A DNA stretch of 64,000 nucleotides from Candidatus Latescibacterota bacterium (GTDB lineage: Bacteria; Latescibacterota; UBA2968). Positions 22,101 to 30,864 of this stretch are shown one piece after another. The DNA lies in the NCBI GenBank assembly GCA_965198115.1, contig OZ240241.1, positions 5,568,001 through 5,632,000 of the forward strand, read 5' to 3'. The translations under genes and the position numbers were made by a program. Under the pieces are notes generated by a model. It saw nothing but the letters and a program-made list of their open reading frames with translations. It was not told the DNA's origin and did no database searches. Each line of letters opens with the position of its first letter. Within the stretch, counting starts at the first letter, position 1.

Positions 22101-22182
22101 CGGCTTCTACATCTGCCGCGTCGAGGCCGTTTCCGGTTCTCAGTCCGAGGTTCGGCTCGTCAAGGTCGCCGTCGTCCGATGA
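19144..22182 (+). CDS. M6/immune-inhibitor-A-like domain + FG-GAP repeats + T9SS type-A C-terminal domain
   Basis: IVFHAG, LGLP, WSLMDTG, EYFLVENR, GILIWHVDD, LEEADG; DLDTDGNEDIV-type repeats; YCYPNP...WD...GSGFYICRV...KVAVVR. Confidence 0.75.
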   Translation: MQVSRPTERPAVPRIGRALFYVLGTLFCVGFATPTSVFAQIEPVIGSRRILAIRVSFPIEVPDDETTSGDGTFELRSSGAVSDDYRFPFDLPPHDRTYFEAHLKALANYYRTVSRGSLELTFEVFPRQNDASYEMDQALIDFGNGRTRQEINERITRLFRDALLTADASDPDIDFGAFDHVIVFHAGLGGESSNALNDVLSAFINLQDLETYADGALDLDGATVSGGMLLPEAGSADGRGGLNGLVARFYANQLGLPRLDNPEDGLTAVGDWSLMDTGNITVASSAQLGLSSLTGSPADTILVGFIPSRLLAWSRSALGWLDIPVVARDDTLSIAAPHVGDGTPQAIRVPISADEYFLVENRLSRLAVEGRRPEVTLSTPNGVWTAVDDYDALIPGSGILIWHVDDAVIRASSPLHPVNSHPDFRVHFDGFAGTYRKGIALEEADGLEDIGNTSSSRVITAGVISFANISGNAVDPYYVGNATRFGQDTTPSSDSNLGYSTGVEIEVLSPPGEVMDVAIRFGRQPGAWPVTGLQPDEQAFPRLLKGDDGPAILRGSQTGPTAWGSNGETAPIDFSTGQSVAVGTLAATSSESFIYATTDGSGRWSGGQTQTVSGAPSSIPPIIAPFPIDRTDIWGLVDGAVEWGRFSGAIGRADLSSEPIAGLAIGDFEPDPDLELAALDASGRLFIVDGDRDARELAAFPVAVSGPVAADLDTDGNEDIVVLSTDGVVFTAQFDGTLTEGRPVPGGAQSPPVVADIDRDGFVEVLFGGRDRIWVIRFNGVLQQNAPIGLPLKDRVGSITAPPVVVDADGDGSLDILVATGLGFIYGLDARGNALPGFPVAAHGPIATSPLVDDLEGDGTLELVAYTVTGDIHLWHLESIDPALVGNEVVWGQQGGGPGNAGRLSQIIAPSEPADVTALLPADRVYCYPNPIRTSEAFFRFYLTQAADVSVTVINPRGEVVERLAADRAFALTDNEIRWDTSDYGSGFYICRVEAVSGSQSEVRLVKVAVVR

Positions 22183-22192
22183 CACGTAAGCC

Positions 22193-25100
22193 ATGACCAA
22201 GCTGAACCAAACTCACACCCTTCTGCTTCTGCTCGTCCTCCTGCTTCCCACGGATGTGCGGGCTCAGTTCTTCAGCGACATCAACCACCCGGAGCTCGAG
22301 TGGTTCGAGATCGAGACGGAGCACTTCCTGATCACCCACCACGCCGGCGCGGAATCCTTCGCACGGCGGGTCGCTCTCATCGCCGAGGAAGTCTACGGTC
22401 CCATCACCCGACTCTACGAGTACGAACCCGCGCACAAGCCCCGTGTCCTCGTCCGGGACATCGACGACGCGAACCGAAGCGCCTACTACCCGGGGACGAA
22501 CACGATCGACTTCTGGGCAACCGGACTCACCCACGACTTTGAACTGCGTGGGGCCAAAACAGACTGGGTGCGGAATGTCTTCACGCACGAGTTTACACAT
22601 CTGATCTCGACCCAGGTCGCCCGCAAGGCCTCTTCCCGTGTGCAGGGCGTCTACCTGCAGACCTTCTTCTACCAGGCCGAAAACCGGCGCGAAGACGTAT
22701 CCGTCACCGGGCTCCCGAACGTCATCACCTCGGTCCTCCTCCCTTCCGAAACTCTCCCACCTTGGTTCACCGAGGGAACGGCGCAGTATATGGCGCAGGG
22801 TGCTCAGCACGACACGTGGGACTCTCACCGCGATATGATCCTGCGACAGGCCACGCTCAACGATCGACTCCTGATGTATGACCAGATGGGTGTCTTCGGG
22901 GCCAAATCGGGGCTCGGTTTCGAGCAGGTCTACGATCACGGTTACGCGCTCACCCTCTACATCGTGAATCGCTTCGGCGAGGACGCCCTCCGCCGTCTCT
23001 ACAGGGCGATGAGCCGTAAATGGAGATACGATTTCAACGGCGCCGTCCACGAGGCCCTGGGCATCTCCGACCGCGCGCTCTACGACGGCTGGAAAGCCAC
23101 GCTCCAGGAGCGATACGCCGTCCAAATGCAGACCGTCTCCGCCGATTCGGCCGTCGGCGAGCTCCGCTATAAAAAGGGCTACGTGAACCTCCACCCCCGG
23201 TGGTCCCCCGACGGCGAAACCCTCGCCTTCGTCAGCAACGCCGGCAGCGACTATGGCCTTACGAACCTGCTCCGCCTGGCCGGCGACGACACGACCGCCA
23301 AACTCGTCGCAGGGGGGGCTCGGACGGCGATCGACTGGTCTCCCGACGGATCCCGCATCGTTTACGCCCGTCGCAGCAAAAGAGACAAACGCGGCTCGGT
23401 CTTTTGGGACCTTTACACGGCCGATCCCTCCGACTCGTCCGGAGTCGGTCTCTGGCGCACCGCAAAGGGCCTGATCGGATTCGACGGTGGATTGCCACCC
23501 GGCCGGTCCCGCCTGACCGAAGGCGCACGGGGCATCCATCCGAACTACTCCCCCGACGGGACCGCCATCGCTTTCGTTCAGAACAGCGACGGTCGCAACC
23601 ACCTGGCTCTGCTCGACGTCGGTGCGGGCACGACGCGCCGGCTGGCCGCATTCGATGACGGCTCCCAATTACACACTCCCGTCTGGTCCCCCGACGGCCG
23701 ACGAATCGCCTTCTCGCTCTTCGGCCCGAGCGGCGACCGCAGCATCGCCGTCATTCCCGCATCGGGCGGCCGCCACCAGCTTCTCGTTCGATCCGACGCG
23801 ACCGACCGGGACCCGTGTTGGACGCCCGACGGAAACCTCGTCTTCGCCTCCGATCGTGACGGCATTTTCAACCTGTATCATCTGAACCTTCAAACGGCCG
23901 CCGTCCATCGCATCACGCGGGTCCCGGGTGGAGCCCTCCATCCCGACGTCCATCCAGACGACGGACGAATCGCCTTCTCCCACTATGGCGACGAAGGCTT
24001 CGAAATTCGAACCATCCAGGGTCAGGGACTGTGGCAACCCGTCGACCCCGGCGTCTTCGCCGTCAGCGTGCAGGCCGACCCGGTCGTCGCGGAGAACACG
24101 TCGGCGACGCCCGCGTCCAAACCCTACGAAACGGACCTCATCGGCCTTCTCGTTTCCCCGCGCCTCGCCATCGACGTCGGCAAACTGAAGCTCGGATTCT
24201 ATGCGTTTTCAACCGAGGCGCTTGGTAAGCAGACACTCTTCGTCCAGGGCCTGATCTCTCACGACCGGGATCTCGAACTGTTCGCCACCTACGAATACAA
24301 GGGATGGAAACCTACCTTCTACCTCACAGGGTTTCGGGTCACCCACCACGTCGAAGAGGACATCGTCGACCGCGACCGGGACGGTAGGGTCTTCAACCGT
24401 ACATTCGCCCTGAATGGCCTCCTGTTTGGCCTCCGCCACCGTCTGCGGAACGGCGGTCAGCTCGACACGCACTTCGAATACAACCGGTTCGGGAACTCCG
24501 TCGACCAGTCGCAGTTCAATGGTCAGAACCGCGCCGTCATCGGGGCTACGTTCCTCAACGCCCTCGATCTCGGTCTGTCCTACCACTATCGGAACGTAAC
24601 GCCCGCGATCGACTCGGAGATCAGCCCCAGCGCGGGTCGGAACGTCTTTTTCCGATACGACCGGAATTTCGATTTCTTTCTAAAGGGATTCGAACCGAAC
24701 TCCACGATCGTCATCGAGCAGTTTCAGAATTTCTTCTACGATCAGCTCGTCGTCGACTGGAGTGAGTATTTTGGCGGTCCGGGCGACAGTTCGATCGGCA
24801 TTCGAGCGTATGGCGGATGGATGGGGGACGTCGTCAACGAGGACGAAGCCGACGGCTACTTCGACTTCCGGTTGGGTGGCCTGCCTTACATGAAAGGATA
24901 TACTTTCTTCAGCATCGAGGGCCGAAAGGCCGCCCTCCTCCGGGGGGCGTGGCGCTTCCCGTTGTGGCGACAGATCGACCGTCAGACCGGCCCTCTCTAC
25001 TCCAGCCACCTCTACGGTTCGGTCTACGCCGGCATCGGACGCGCCTGGGACGGCACTCCCGACGACGATCTTTTCCTCCGGAGCTGGAAGAAGGACGCCG

Positions 25101-25282
25101 GCATCCAGCTACGCTACGAAGGGACCACATTCTACGAATACCCACTCGCCGTCAGCCTGGATGTCGCCTATGGTTTCGACGATGTCCCACTCCAGAAAAT
25201 CACCGACCCCGTCAACCGGAGTGGGCTAAAGCTCTATTTTACCGTTCTGTTCGGATTCTTGCAGAACGTCGGCCTGAATTGA
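22193..25282 (+). CDS. MA-clan peptidase-like domain + PD40/TolB propeller + C-terminal beta-barrel outer-membrane protein
   Basis: THEFTH...PPWFTEG; multiple WSPDG repeats; aromatic-rich amphipathic C-terminus; signal peptide. Confidence 0.75.
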   Translation: MTKLNQTHTLLLLLVLLLPTDVRAQFFSDINHPELEWFEIETEHFLITHHAGAESFARRVALIAEEVYGPITRLYEYEPAHKPRVLVRDIDDANRSAYYPGTNTIDFWATGLTHDFELRGAKTDWVRNVFTHEFTHLISTQVARKASSRVQGVYLQTFFYQAENRREDVSVTGLPNVITSVLLPSETLPPWFTEGTAQYMAQGAQHDTWDSHRDMILRQATLNDRLLMYDQMGVFGAKSGLGFEQVYDHGYALTLYIVNRFGEDALRRLYRAMSRKWRYDFNGAVHEALGISDRALYDGWKATLQERYAVQMQTVSADSAVGELRYKKGYVNLHPRWSPDGETLAFVSNAGSDYGLTNLLRLAGDDTTAKLVAGGARTAIDWSPDGSRIVYARRSKRDKRGSVFWDLYTADPSDSSGVGLWRTAKGLIGFDGGLPPGRSRLTEGARGIHPNYSPDGTAIAFVQNSDGRNHLALLDVGAGTTRRLAAFDDGSQLHTPVWSPDGRRIAFSLFGPSGDRSIAVIPASGGRHQLLVRSDATDRDPCWTPDGNLVFASDRDGIFNLYHLNLQTAAVHRITRVPGGALHPDVHPDDGRIAFSHYGDEGFEIRTIQGQGLWQPVDPGVFAVSVQADPVVAENTSATPASKPYETDLIGLLVSPRLAIDVGKLKLGFYAFSTEALGKQTLFVQGLISHDRDLELFATYEYKGWKPTFYLTGFRVTHHVEEDIVDRDRDGRVFNRTFALNGLLFGLRHRLRNGGQLDTHFEYNRFGNSVDQSQFNGQNRAVIGATFLNALDLGLSYHYRNVTPAIDSEISPSAGRNVFFRYDRNFDFFLKGFEPNSTIVIEQFQNFFYDQLVVDWSEYFGGPGDSSIGIRAYGGWMGDVVNEDEADGYFDFRLGGLPYMKGYTFFSIEGRKAALLRGAWRFPLWRQIDRQTGPLYSSHLYGSVYAGIGRAWDGTPDDDLFLRSWKKDAGIQLRYEGTTFYEYPLAVSLDVAYGFDDVPLQKITDPVNRSGLKLYFTVLFGFLQNVGLN

Positions 25283-25292
25283 GAGGCAACCC

Positions 25293-26048
25293 ATGAAAAC
25301 CCTTGTCACCTCTTTAGCGTGTCTGGCCCTGTCCTCGTCGCCCGTCGTGGCCGGGCCCTTCGGCACACCGTTGACACCGCGCTCGGACCGGCCCGTCCTT
25401 GCCTACGATTCCGCGTCGGACGAAAAGTCCCCCAAGAAGGCGTTCTTCCTCTCGCTGCTCCTGCCAGGACTGGGCGAGTTCTACGCGGGCGCGAAGGTTC
25501 GGGCCGCCGGTTTTATGGTGGCCGAAGCCCTGACGTGGGTGGCGTATTCCCACTGGAGGAGCAAAGGCACCGATCTGCGGGATGAATTCAGGGCCTATGC
25601 CGACCTCAACTGGAACTTCGCACGCTACCAGGAGTGGCAAGCCTTCAACGCGTCGCTACCGGCCGGCCGGCAGTATATCGAAACCGAAACGCTTCCCTCC
25701 AAGCAGGAGGATGAGCAGCAATACTACGAGCTGATCGGAAAATACGATCAGTTCATCTACGGCTGGTCCGACGTCGCCGGTGAGCCCCTCAGCGCCAACA
25801 ACCAGGGCATCGATTCACCGCTCCAGGCACAGTATGAGATCCTGCGGAACGACAGCAATCAACCCCTCAAGCGAGCATCGGTCGTCATCGGACTCACGGT
25901 CGTGAATAGAATCATCAGTGCCATCCACGCATCGTCCTACACGAGGCTCCGAAACGACTGGACGGAAAAGCGACTCCGTTTCGAGCTCAAGCCCTTCACA
26001 CCGACCGGCCGTCACGGCGTCACCGCCACGATGACCGCGGGCTTCTGA
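25293..26048 (+). CDS. Exported/membrane protein with KSP..A..LSLLLPGLGE.Y motif (DUF5683/TM2-like)
   Basis: KSPKKAFFLSLLLPGLGEFYAG; C-terminal F. Confidence 0.6.
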   Translation: MKTLVTSLACLALSSSPVVAGPFGTPLTPRSDRPVLAYDSASDEKSPKKAFFLSLLLPGLGEFYAGAKVRAAGFMVAEALTWVAYSHWRSKGTDLRDEFRAYADLNWNFARYQEWQAFNASLPAGRQYIETETLPSKQEDEQQYYELIGKYDQFIYGWSDVAGEPLSANNQGIDSPLQAQYEILRNDSNQPLKRASVVIGLTVVNRIISAIHASSYTRLRNDWTEKRLRFELKPFTPTGRHGVTATMTAGF

Positions 26049-26680
26049 TGCGCGTCGGCGCTTTCATCCTCTCCCTCGTCCTGGCGTTCGGTGGATCCGC
26101 ACACGCTCAGAAAGATCCCAAGAACCCGAAGGCGGCCGCATTGCTCTCGCTTCTCATACCCGGCCTGGGAGAAATCTACGCGGGTGGACATCGGTCCAGC
26201 CGGTTCTTCCTGTTCACCGAAGCCACTTTCTGGACCACCCTGGCCACGTTCAAACACCTCGAATCCTCCCGCGAAGACAACTTCAGAGCCTTCGCGGCCG
26301 AGTACGCCGGACTCGACACAGCCGACAAATCGGACTCCTTCATCGATGACGTCGCGATCTACAACAGCATCTATGCCCGAAACACCCGCGAGCGGTTCGT
26401 CGCCGGAGACCTCGCCGAATTCATCGACGAGACCCCCGAGAACATCTGGGAATGGGATTCCGACACCTCGCGCCGGCAGTTTCGACAACTCCGCAGCAAG
26501 GCCACTTCCGCACGCCAAAAGAGTATGCTCTTCGTCGGCGCGCTCCTCTTCAATCGATTCGCCAGTTCGATCAACGCCGCCCACATCGCCAGAAAAACGC
26601 AACCCCGATCCGTCCAGGTCGGAGCTGCCCCCGACCTGCGATCGGGCGGCGCCTACGGCTACGTCAGAGCCAGTTTCTGA
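26048..26680 (+). CDS. Paralogue of the preceding DUF5683/TM2-like protein
   Basis: KNPKAAALLSLLIPGLGEIYAG; TGATG coupling; C-terminal F. Confidence 0.6.
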   Translation: MRVGAFILSLVLAFGGSAHAQKDPKNPKAAALLSLLIPGLGEIYAGGHRSSRFFLFTEATFWTTLATFKHLESSREDNFRAFAAEYAGLDTADKSDSFIDDVAIYNSIYARNTRERFVAGDLAEFIDETPENIWEWDSDTSRRQFRQLRSKATSARQKSMLFVGALLFNRFASSINAAHIARKTQPRSVQVGAAPDLRSGGAYGYVRASF

Positions 26681-26685
26681 CCGCA

Positions 26686-28179
26686 ATGCCCCGACGCGTC
26701 ACCGTCTGGCTTCTCATCGGGCTGCTCTGCTCCGTCTCCTCATACGCCGACCCCTTGCGGCGCGTCTCGGGCACCCACCTGATCCCCCGATCCTCTTCAA
26801 TGCCGGCTCTCCAGAAAAGACAGATTGTGCAAGCCTTCCAGGTGGGAGACCCACTCACCGTATCCGCTTTCAGTTTCCAGCTCATCGGCGGTGGACGCTA
26901 CCAGACCACCACCACCTGTCGTTTCGTCGGGTCGCACAGCTACGTTTTCGTCGAAGACGTCGTGTGGGGTTCCTCTCGCGTGACCCAGCTCGCGCTCAAC
27001 GCCCTGGCGGACGCGTTCGACAACGCGAGCGCCATTGATCCTGCCCGGGGCATTTACGACATCACCACGACCGTATTCGGCCCGGCACCCGACGTCGACG
27101 GCGACCCGAGGATCATCATCGTCCTTCTCGACATCCTCGACTCGCCGTTCACGGGGACGACCATCGTGGGCTACTTCGACGTCGAGAACCAGAGTCCTCC
27201 GGTCAGTCGGGAGATCGTCTATGTCGACGTCGACCCCCTCGACATCGAAAGCGCGCTCGCGCGGGCCACGCTCGCGCACGAATTCCAGCATATGCTGCAC
27301 TGGGCAGCTGACCCCGACGAAGACAAGTGGCTGGACGAAGGGTGTTCCGAATACGCCGAGCTCGCGTGCGGATACAAAGACACGACCGAAGCCGTCGCGA
27401 ACGCTTTCCTCGACGTACCCAACACCAGCCTGACGCAGTGGGAAGACCTGCCGTTCGACTTCGATCAATCGTTCCTCTATATGACCTATTTCGCGCAACG
27501 GTTCGGAGACGAAGCGGTTCGGGCCCTCGTGGCCGAACCGATCAACGGAGCCGAAAGCGTCGACATCGTGCTGTCCGATCTGGGTGAGCCCGATCGCTTC
27601 AAGGACATCTTCGCAGAATGGGCCACGGCCATCTATCTCGACGCCGATGGTGCTCACGGATTGTCCCTCATCGACGTCAGGTTTCCGGCCACCACAGCAC
27701 TGTTGCTGCCGACCTCTAACGTCAATCGCAAAGCCCGACTCTGGGGAACCGACTACCTGGATCTCGAAGGCAGCTTCGATGGGCTCTCGCTCAGTCTCGG
27801 TAGTCCGGGTGACAACCCCCTGATGACCGTCCTCATCGGGCCCGACGGCGGTGCCTTCACAGAAATCGCGGCGGGTGATGCGACAACGGTGAACGTTTAT
27901 CGCTCCGACCTCCGGGCCATCGCGCTCGTAACGACGGGTGGCACGTCCGAAGACTACGCCCTGACGGTCGCTTCGACCCACGGCGGGCTGGTCCTCGAAG
28001 CGTCCGATTTCAACGATGACGGTACGATCGACTTCGCCGACTTCCTGCTGTTCGCGACTGCCTTCGGCAAAACCGGGTTCAGCGGGGGCTACGATCCGTC
28101 CTTCGATCTCGACGGAAACTTCGCCATCGACTTCACCGACTTCCTCACGTTCGCCTCGCATTTCTCCGCGTCCGAATAG
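26686..28179 (+). CDS. Secreted zinc metallopeptidase (M30-like) with C-terminal dockerin/EF-hand-like domain
   Basis: PDVDGDPRIII, LAHEFQHM, WLDEGCSEYA; SDFNDDGTIDFADFLLF...DLDGNFAIDFTDFLTF; start ATG 26686. Confidence 0.8.
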   Translation: MPRRVTVWLLIGLLCSVSSYADPLRRVSGTHLIPRSSSMPALQKRQIVQAFQVGDPLTVSAFSFQLIGGGRYQTTTTCRFVGSHSYVFVEDVVWGSSRVTQLALNALADAFDNASAIDPARGIYDITTTVFGPAPDVDGDPRIIIVLLDILDSPFTGTTIVGYFDVENQSPPVSREIVYVDVDPLDIESALARATLAHEFQHMLHWAADPDEDKWLDEGCSEYAELACGYKDTTEAVANAFLDVPNTSLTQWEDLPFDFDQSFLYMTYFAQRFGDEAVRALVAEPINGAESVDIVLSDLGEPDRFKDIFAEWATAIYLDADGAHGLSLIDVRFPATTALLLPTSNVNRKARLWGTDYLDLEGSFDGLSLSLGSPGDNPLMTVLIGPDGGAFTEIAAGDATTVNVYRSDLRAIALVTTGGTSEDYALTVASTHGGLVLEASDFNDDGTIDFADFLLFATAFGKTGFSGGYDPSFDLDGNFAIDFTDFLTFASHFSASE

Positions 28180-28283
28180 CAGCCCACAGCGTTGAGCCGA
28201 TGACATCGATCGCGGTGGACACGATCTGCCCCCCCGAGGGACCGGGTCTCTCTCGCCCACTCCACTCCTGGAGGTAGACATCC

Positions 28284-28309
28284 TAAAAGTGGCCCCGGGG
28301 CCATTTTTA
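28284..28309. terminator. Bidirectional terminator-like hairpin between convergent genes
   Basis: TAAAAGTGGCCCC/GGGGCCATTTTTA near-perfect palindrome with A/T tails. Confidence 0.6.
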
Positions 28310-28354
28310 AACAAGACTCCCATAAATTGTTTATAAACAAACTATTGTAGGCTC

Positions 28355-28436
28355 TGTAATCCCAGCGGTGTGTCGAGCCATCTTGACTTTCGCGAAGATC
28401 AAATGGGCCCCGACTCAAAACCCTACCGGGGTGACA
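28355..28436. repeat. REP/MITE-like palindromic element, copy 1
   Basis: Ends TGTAATCCCAG...CCGGGGTGACA; core CCATCTTGACTTTCGCGAAGATCAAATGG shared with 62921-63033. Confidence 0.7.
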
Positions 28437-28439
28437 ACC

Positions 28440-29309
28440 CTATCCCGATGCGGGAGGGACCACAACGGTCAGCGCCCCTGGCAGCACGCTGATTGTCGCT
28501 GGAACGGTGGCCACGAGCTCGCCATCCGCGACAATCGGTTGACCTGCCGGGGCGTCCACGTAGGCCGACCGGGACCGGCTCAAACGCACGGCGGCGTGTT
28601 CGTGGTGGCGGCCGGTCTCGACGTGTCGCAACAGACCGAGTGCGGTCAGACGTCCCACGGGCGCAATCTCACACACGTCGATCCATCCATCGTCGATCTC
28701 TGCTTCCGGCGCGATGGCCAATCCGCCACCGTAGAAGGCGCCATTCGCGAACGCCGCCAGCAGAACCGTCTCGGTGGTCTCGTCTTTACGTACCTCCAAC
28801 GTGACGTCCAGTCCCTTCAGAATTTCCACGACGGCCCCGAAACGGTAGGCCCACCGACTTCGCCACCATCCGGACCGCATCCGCATCGCAACGCGGGCAT
28901 CCAGTCCCGCGCAGGCCACAGTCAGGAAACGCGTCGAGCCCACAAGCCCCACATCGACCTGTCGCCGACGAGCCTGGCCGATCCATCGGCCGATCTCCCT
29001 GGCATCCCGCAGAAGCCCGAGCATCCTCGCGAAATCATTCCCACGCCCCGACGGAATGACACCCAGCGTCAATCGTTGTAGATCGACCGCGTTGACCACC
29101 TCGTGCAGCGTCCCATCGCCCCCGCAGACAGCGACCCCCTCATCCCGATCGGCCGCCTTTCTGGCTAGCTCGCCAGCGTGACCCGGTCCGAGGGTCGGGC
29201 ACACGCTCGCCCGGACCCCTGTCTGCTCGATCTCTTCCACGACGCATCCGGCAAGACGGGTTGCGCGACCTCGACCGCTCGCTGGGTTGGCGATCACGAT
29301 CCAATTCAA
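28440..29309 (-). CDS. Diacylglycerol/lipid kinase family (YegS/DAGK-like)
   Basis: NPASG, GGDGTLHEVVN, IPSGRGNDFA, NGAFYGGG, ADGE. Confidence 0.9.
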   Translation of the reverse strand: MNWIVIANPASGRGRATRLAGCVVEEIEQTGVRASVCPTLGPGHAGELARKAADRDEGVAVCGGDGTLHEVVNAVDLQRLTLGVIPSGRGNDFARMLGLLRDAREIGRWIGQARRRQVDVGLVGSTRFLTVACAGLDARVAMRMRSGWWRSRWAYRFGAVVEILKGLDVTLEVRKDETTETVLLAAFANGAFYGGGLAIAPEAEIDDGWIDVCEIAPVGRLTALGLLRHVETGRHHEHAAVRLSRSRSAYVDAPAGQPIVADGELVATVPATISVLPGALTVVVPPASG

Positions 29310-29389
29310 CGTTTCGGCCTATTCTCTGAAACAACCACACCGACCCTCGCATCAGATCCAGTAGGCAGACAGAAAGAAGTAATATATTT

Positions 29390-29418
29390 ATCTAACGAGA
29401 AATACAAACATCTAACGA
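29390..29418. promoter_or_regulatory. Direct repeat ATCTAACGA x2 (20-bp period), candidate ArsR operator
   Basis: AT-rich divergent intergenic region; copies at 29390-29398 and 29410-29418. Confidence 0.45.
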
Positions 29419-29500
29419 ATTTGCATTGCATCTTACTCTGGACTGGCTATATTCGGGCTATCGTCGACCCCAGGCACACCTAACCAACGAGGACGTCACG

Positions 29501-30700
29501 GTGCCAGTCGCGCTCGAAGACACCAACGAAGACCTCAAACACAAGTTTCAATTCACGCACGGCATTCGATTCGAGATTTTCTACGCTCTGATGGCTGTGG
29601 CCGACAGGGAACACGGGATTCACATTCCCTGGCAGCGGGAAGCCCTATCGCGGCTCCCGAGCGGATTCATCGACCAGATGGGTCAGGTCGGCGGTTCTCC
29701 CTACTTCTGGCCCGTGATGGCCGATGTTCTCGAGGCCAGCCCCCCTGAACTCACCTACACCGAGATCCGTGAGCGGATTTTGGCTCTGCCCCCCGAACGC
29801 TTTCAAACCGCCATCCTGGAAGGCGGTCTTCACGAAGTGTCGCTCGTAACCGACCTGATCGCCGGGAGACGGAGCCTGGCCGAAGTCGCCGAGGATCTGT
29901 CCGAAAGAGAGGAAAGGTGGTTCGGGTTCCTTGGGTTATATCCGTTCGACCCATCCAGCCCGACCCCCGCCGCCCTCAAGCGCCTGATCGAAGACCCGGA
30001 TGCGCTGCGGGCGGACCTCGTGGACCTGCTCGATACGTTCTGGTCACGCGTGTTCGAGGACACGTGGTCGGCTATCGAGCCCAGGGTTCAGCTCTCGGTT
30101 GCGGAGAAGCGCCGGCTCTTCGACGTGCTGCCGCCTTCGGAGTTCGCCAGGCAGGTACTCATTCGAGTTGAGATCGACGATGACTCGTTCGAAATCTCCT
30201 GCTCGTGTATGGGCACCGTGCCACTCAACAGAGTGGCGCAGATCTATGTCATGCCATCGGTCTTCAACGAAAACCGTCTCTGGTCGATCTATGCGGACAA
30301 GTCGATGCTCACAATGTGCATTCCCTACTTCGACCCGGCCATCTCGGTCGTCCTCGATCGGCCCGCGGCTGCCATCGAGCCCAACCTGAGTCCTCCGCAA
30401 GTTTTCAAGGCGCTCGGAGAACCGACACGCTACGAAATGGCACGTCTGATCGCCCAGAAACCGCGCACATCCGCAGATCTCGCCCGCTTGCTCAAGGTCT
30501 CGAAGCCAACGGTCTCCCACCACGTGCAGCTCCTCCGAGGCGCGGGCCTCATCGGGGAAGAAACAGGCGGTACGGGCGTTCGTCTGTCGCTTCGGAAGGA
30601 GATCATCGCCCAACTCTCCGATGCCGCCCTGAACGACCTTACCTTCGCAGAAACAAAAAAGGCCCCCGCCACGTCAATCAGCGGGAGCCCGAAAATCTGA
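29501..30700 (+). CDS. ArsR/SmtB-family regulator with long N-terminal domain (DUF5937-like)
   Basis: C-terminal FKALGEPTRYEMARLI...DLARLL..SKPTVSHHVQLLRGAGLI; GAGG SD before GTG 29501. Confidence 0.8.
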   Translation: MPVALEDTNEDLKHKFQFTHGIRFEIFYALMAVADREHGIHIPWQREALSRLPSGFIDQMGQVGGSPYFWPVMADVLEASPPELTYTEIRERILALPPERFQTAILEGGLHEVSLVTDLIAGRRSLAEVAEDLSEREERWFGFLGLYPFDPSSPTPAALKRLIEDPDALRADLVDLLDTFWSRVFEDTWSAIEPRVQLSVAEKRRLFDVLPPSEFARQVLIRVEIDDDSFEISCSCMGTVPLNRVAQIYVMPSVFNENRLWSIYADKSMLTMCIPYFDPAISVVLDRPAAAIEPNLSPPQVFKALGEPTRYEMARLIAQKPRTSADLARLLKVSKPTVSHHVQLLRGAGLIGEETGGTGVRLSLRKEIIAQLSDAALNDLTFAETKKAPATSISGSPKI

Positions 30701-30864
30701 CTTTATAGAGGTGCCCTGGCCGACGCCGCTTGGCCCTGGAAAAGCTCGTGCGGCGGTTGGCCACCCACAGGATGGACCGGTCGAAATCGGGGGCACCGTG
30801 CCCCAAATATACGCATTCGACCGGTCACATCAACTCATAACCCGCCCGAAAGGAGGGTGCAGTC

